DNA of 64,000 nucleotides from an uncultured Chloroflexia bacterium. GTDB lineage: Bacteria > Chloroflexota > Chloroflexia > Thermomicrobiales > UBA6265. This document shows positions 62,283-64,000 of the stretch, piece after piece. Under the pieces are notes generated by a model that saw only the letters and a program-made list of their open reading frames with translations, made no database searches and was not told the origin of the DNA. Within the stretch, counting starts at the first letter, position 1, and the number at the start of each line of letters is the position of its first letter. The stretch is taken from NCBI GenBank assembly GCA_963724295.1, contig CAVRUC010000007.1, forward strand, positions 704,001 through 768,000, written 5' to 3'. Made by a program: the position numbers and the translations under genes.

Positions 62283-62443
62283 CGTCTTTCCCCTTCGAGC
62301 TATGACTGACGCACCGGCACGCTGCTGGCGCGCTCACCCTGTGTGGACCGCAGGACTATACGGGTCTCCGCCTTGCCGGTCAATACCCTTCCGCGAGCGG
62401 ACGTTCTTCGACCATGCGGACGGTCCGCCTACGACTGCATCGC

Positions 62444-63310
62444 CTACCTCGATACGATGAGCGTCCACGCCAGCGCGCACCCTAGCGTCGCCAGAGCGAC
62501 GAGTGGAAAGCAGGCGGCGATCCCGACGCGCCGGTTGGCCGCGACCAGGATGACGTTGCCTGTCAGTAACAGGAGCGTCAGTCCAGCGGCCAGCTCGATG
62601 GCGAAAAACGGCTGCTCGACGCCGAGCCGCCAGGCGGCGAGCCAGGCCAACACCGGCGCGGTGAGCGTCGTCAGCCAGGCGACGACAAAGGTGAGTCGCT
62701 GTCCGAGGCGAGTCGTCGCCGTCGGCAGGCCGGCCGCGCGATCGATCGCCACGTCGGGGAGTGCCTGGGCGAGATGCACGCCGACCGTCGCCAGTGCGCC
62801 GAGCGGGTAGAGCAGCAGCAACCTGGGCTCCGGCTTTCCCAGGGACGCAAATACCCAGATCGGCAGCAGAGGGAGTGCGAGAAAATATGGCAGCCACGAC
62901 CAGGCGGTGCGCTTGAACCACAGATCGTACGCGATCCCCAACGCCGTGCCGGCGGCAAGGAGCGCAAGCGCAAAAATGCCGAAGCGCCATCCAAACGCGA
63001 CCATCATGATCAGACCGATGACGACCATGGCCTGAGCGCCGCGGATCGGGACGTCTCCGCTCGGCAATGGCTTCCACGGTTTGCCGGCGGCGTCGAACGG
63101 GAGGTCGACCAACTCATTCGTGGCGCCGATCGCCAGCTGACCGCCGAGCATGGCCAGGAGCAATGGCCCCAGGAGATGCGCCGGGGGCACGCCGCCCCAG
63201 GCGATGACCGCGAATGCCGCCGTCGCCAGCTCGACGACCAGCACCGGCGCCAGGTGCGGCAACAGAAGATAGCCCCGCACCGTCCGTCTCAGGGAGCGCT
63301 GGCCAGGCAC
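62444..63310 (-). CDS. UbiA family prenyltransferase (start uncertain)
   Basis: GATNELVDLPFD..KPWKPLPSG, YDLWFK, ALPDVAIDR; multiple TM helices. Confidence 0.82.
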   Translation of the reverse strand: MPGQRSLRRTVRGYLLLPHLAPVLVVELATAAFAVIAWGGVPPAHLLGPLLLAMLGGQLAIGATNELVDLPFDAAGKPWKPLPSGDVPIRGAQAMVVIGLIMMVAFGWRFGIFALALLAAGTALGIAYDLWFKRTAWSWLPYFLALPLLPIWVFASLGKPEPRLLLLYPLGALATVGVHLAQALPDVAIDRAAGLPTATTRLGQRLTFVVAWLTTLTAPVLAWLAAWRLGVEQPFFAIELAAGLTLLLLTGNVILVAANRRVGIAACFPLVALATLGCALAWTLIVSR

Positions 63311-63524
63311 GGTCAGCAATTGGGCCGGCCGCGCTACTGGCGGCTCGAAGCTGTCCGACTCCGGAATCAGCCGGTTGTGGGACGACTGGGTCTTCAATGG
63401 GGCTGCCTCTGAGTTGTCGCCGCCGCCGGTTTGTTGACAAAATGTCGAGGCGGATTCGGATCCGGGTTCAGCTTCCCGTCGCGCCGAACCGTGGACGTCC
63501 ACTCAGGCAAAGGAGCGCGGCACC

Positions 63525-64000
63525 GTGAGCACGACACGTTGGGATCCCTGGGGCGATATCGTCAGTTTGCGCGAGGCGATGAACAACCTGCTGGAAGAGA
63601 GTTTTGTCCGCCCCCAGCCGGGGACCCCGGGGCCGGGAATGGCGTCGAGTCTGGCGCTGGATGTGAAGGAGACTCCGGATACGTTCATCGTGACTGCCTC
63701 GGTGCCGGGGGTACCGCCCTCCGACATCGACATTACCATCCTCGGCGACACGCTGCGCATCCGCGGCCAGCGCAAGGAGGAGGTCGAGGAGACGGGCGAA
63801 GGGAGCCGGTGGTTGTTGCGGGAGCGCCGGTTCGGGGCATTCGAACGGACCGTGTCTCTGCCATCGGTCGTCGACAGCGAGGGCTCGAGCGCCGACTTCA
63901 ACAATGGGGTCCTGACCATCACGTTGCCAAAGGCCGACGTCGTGAAGCCTCGTAGCATCCCGATCAAGGGCGCCGGGTCACGGGACCCGTCATCCGGGGA
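63525..64000 (+). CDS. Hsp20/alpha-crystallin small heat shock protein (runs off window)
   Basis: RBS AAGGAG, GTG; read manually: STTRWDPWGDIVSLREAMNNLLEESF, LDVKET, RERRFGAFERTVSLP, NGVLTITLPK; absent from the ORF track. Confidence 0.92.
   Translation, partial: MSTTRWDPWGDIVSLREAMNNLLEESFVRPQPGTPGPGMASSLALDVKETPDTFIVTASVPGVPPSDIDITILGDTLRIRGQRKEEVEETGEGSRWLLRERRFGAFERTVSLPSVVDSEGSSADFNNGVLTITLPKADVVKPRSIPIKGAGSRDPSSG

Noticed and set aside
63380..63524. CIRCE/HAIR operator upstream of hsp20
   Set aside because: No match to TTAGCACTC-N9-GAGTGCTAA or CTTGAGT-N7-ACTCAAG; only a weak TTGACA-aaa-TGTCGA dyad

Overview
GC-rich bacterial chromosomal window. Gene content (T-box-controlled pheST, CvpA-CAP fusion, ScyD/E, RTX-like secreted proteins) suggests Chloroflexota, probably Thermomicrobiales; this is inferred, not tested. 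From left to right: a surface-glycan modification cluster (four sulfotransferases, an APH-like kinase, GT61, a nucleotidyltransferase, ugd); housekeeping and metabolic genes (prmA, hyi, glxR, hemH, pgi, pepF, eno, pheST, hisD); a structured intergenic RNA candidate with OLE-like motifs; a minus-strand block of secreted proteins (three OppA-like binding proteins, ScyD/E, two RTX-like proteins) next to an ECF sigma/anti-sigma pair and carrying four identically spaced copies of a TGTGACA-N16-GTCTGG promoter-like motif; ruvA; a PP2C phosphatase; an LprG/P55-like lipoprotein-MFS pair; three FGGY kinases with an aldolase; a GNAT + OSBS/NSAR pair; a sugar ABC transporter; UbiA; and Hsp20. About nine single-base +1 frameshifts, including in essential genes, point to assembly errors. 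I found no CRISPR, rRNA, tRNA or transposase. All assignments come from reading motifs by eye; no database searches were run.
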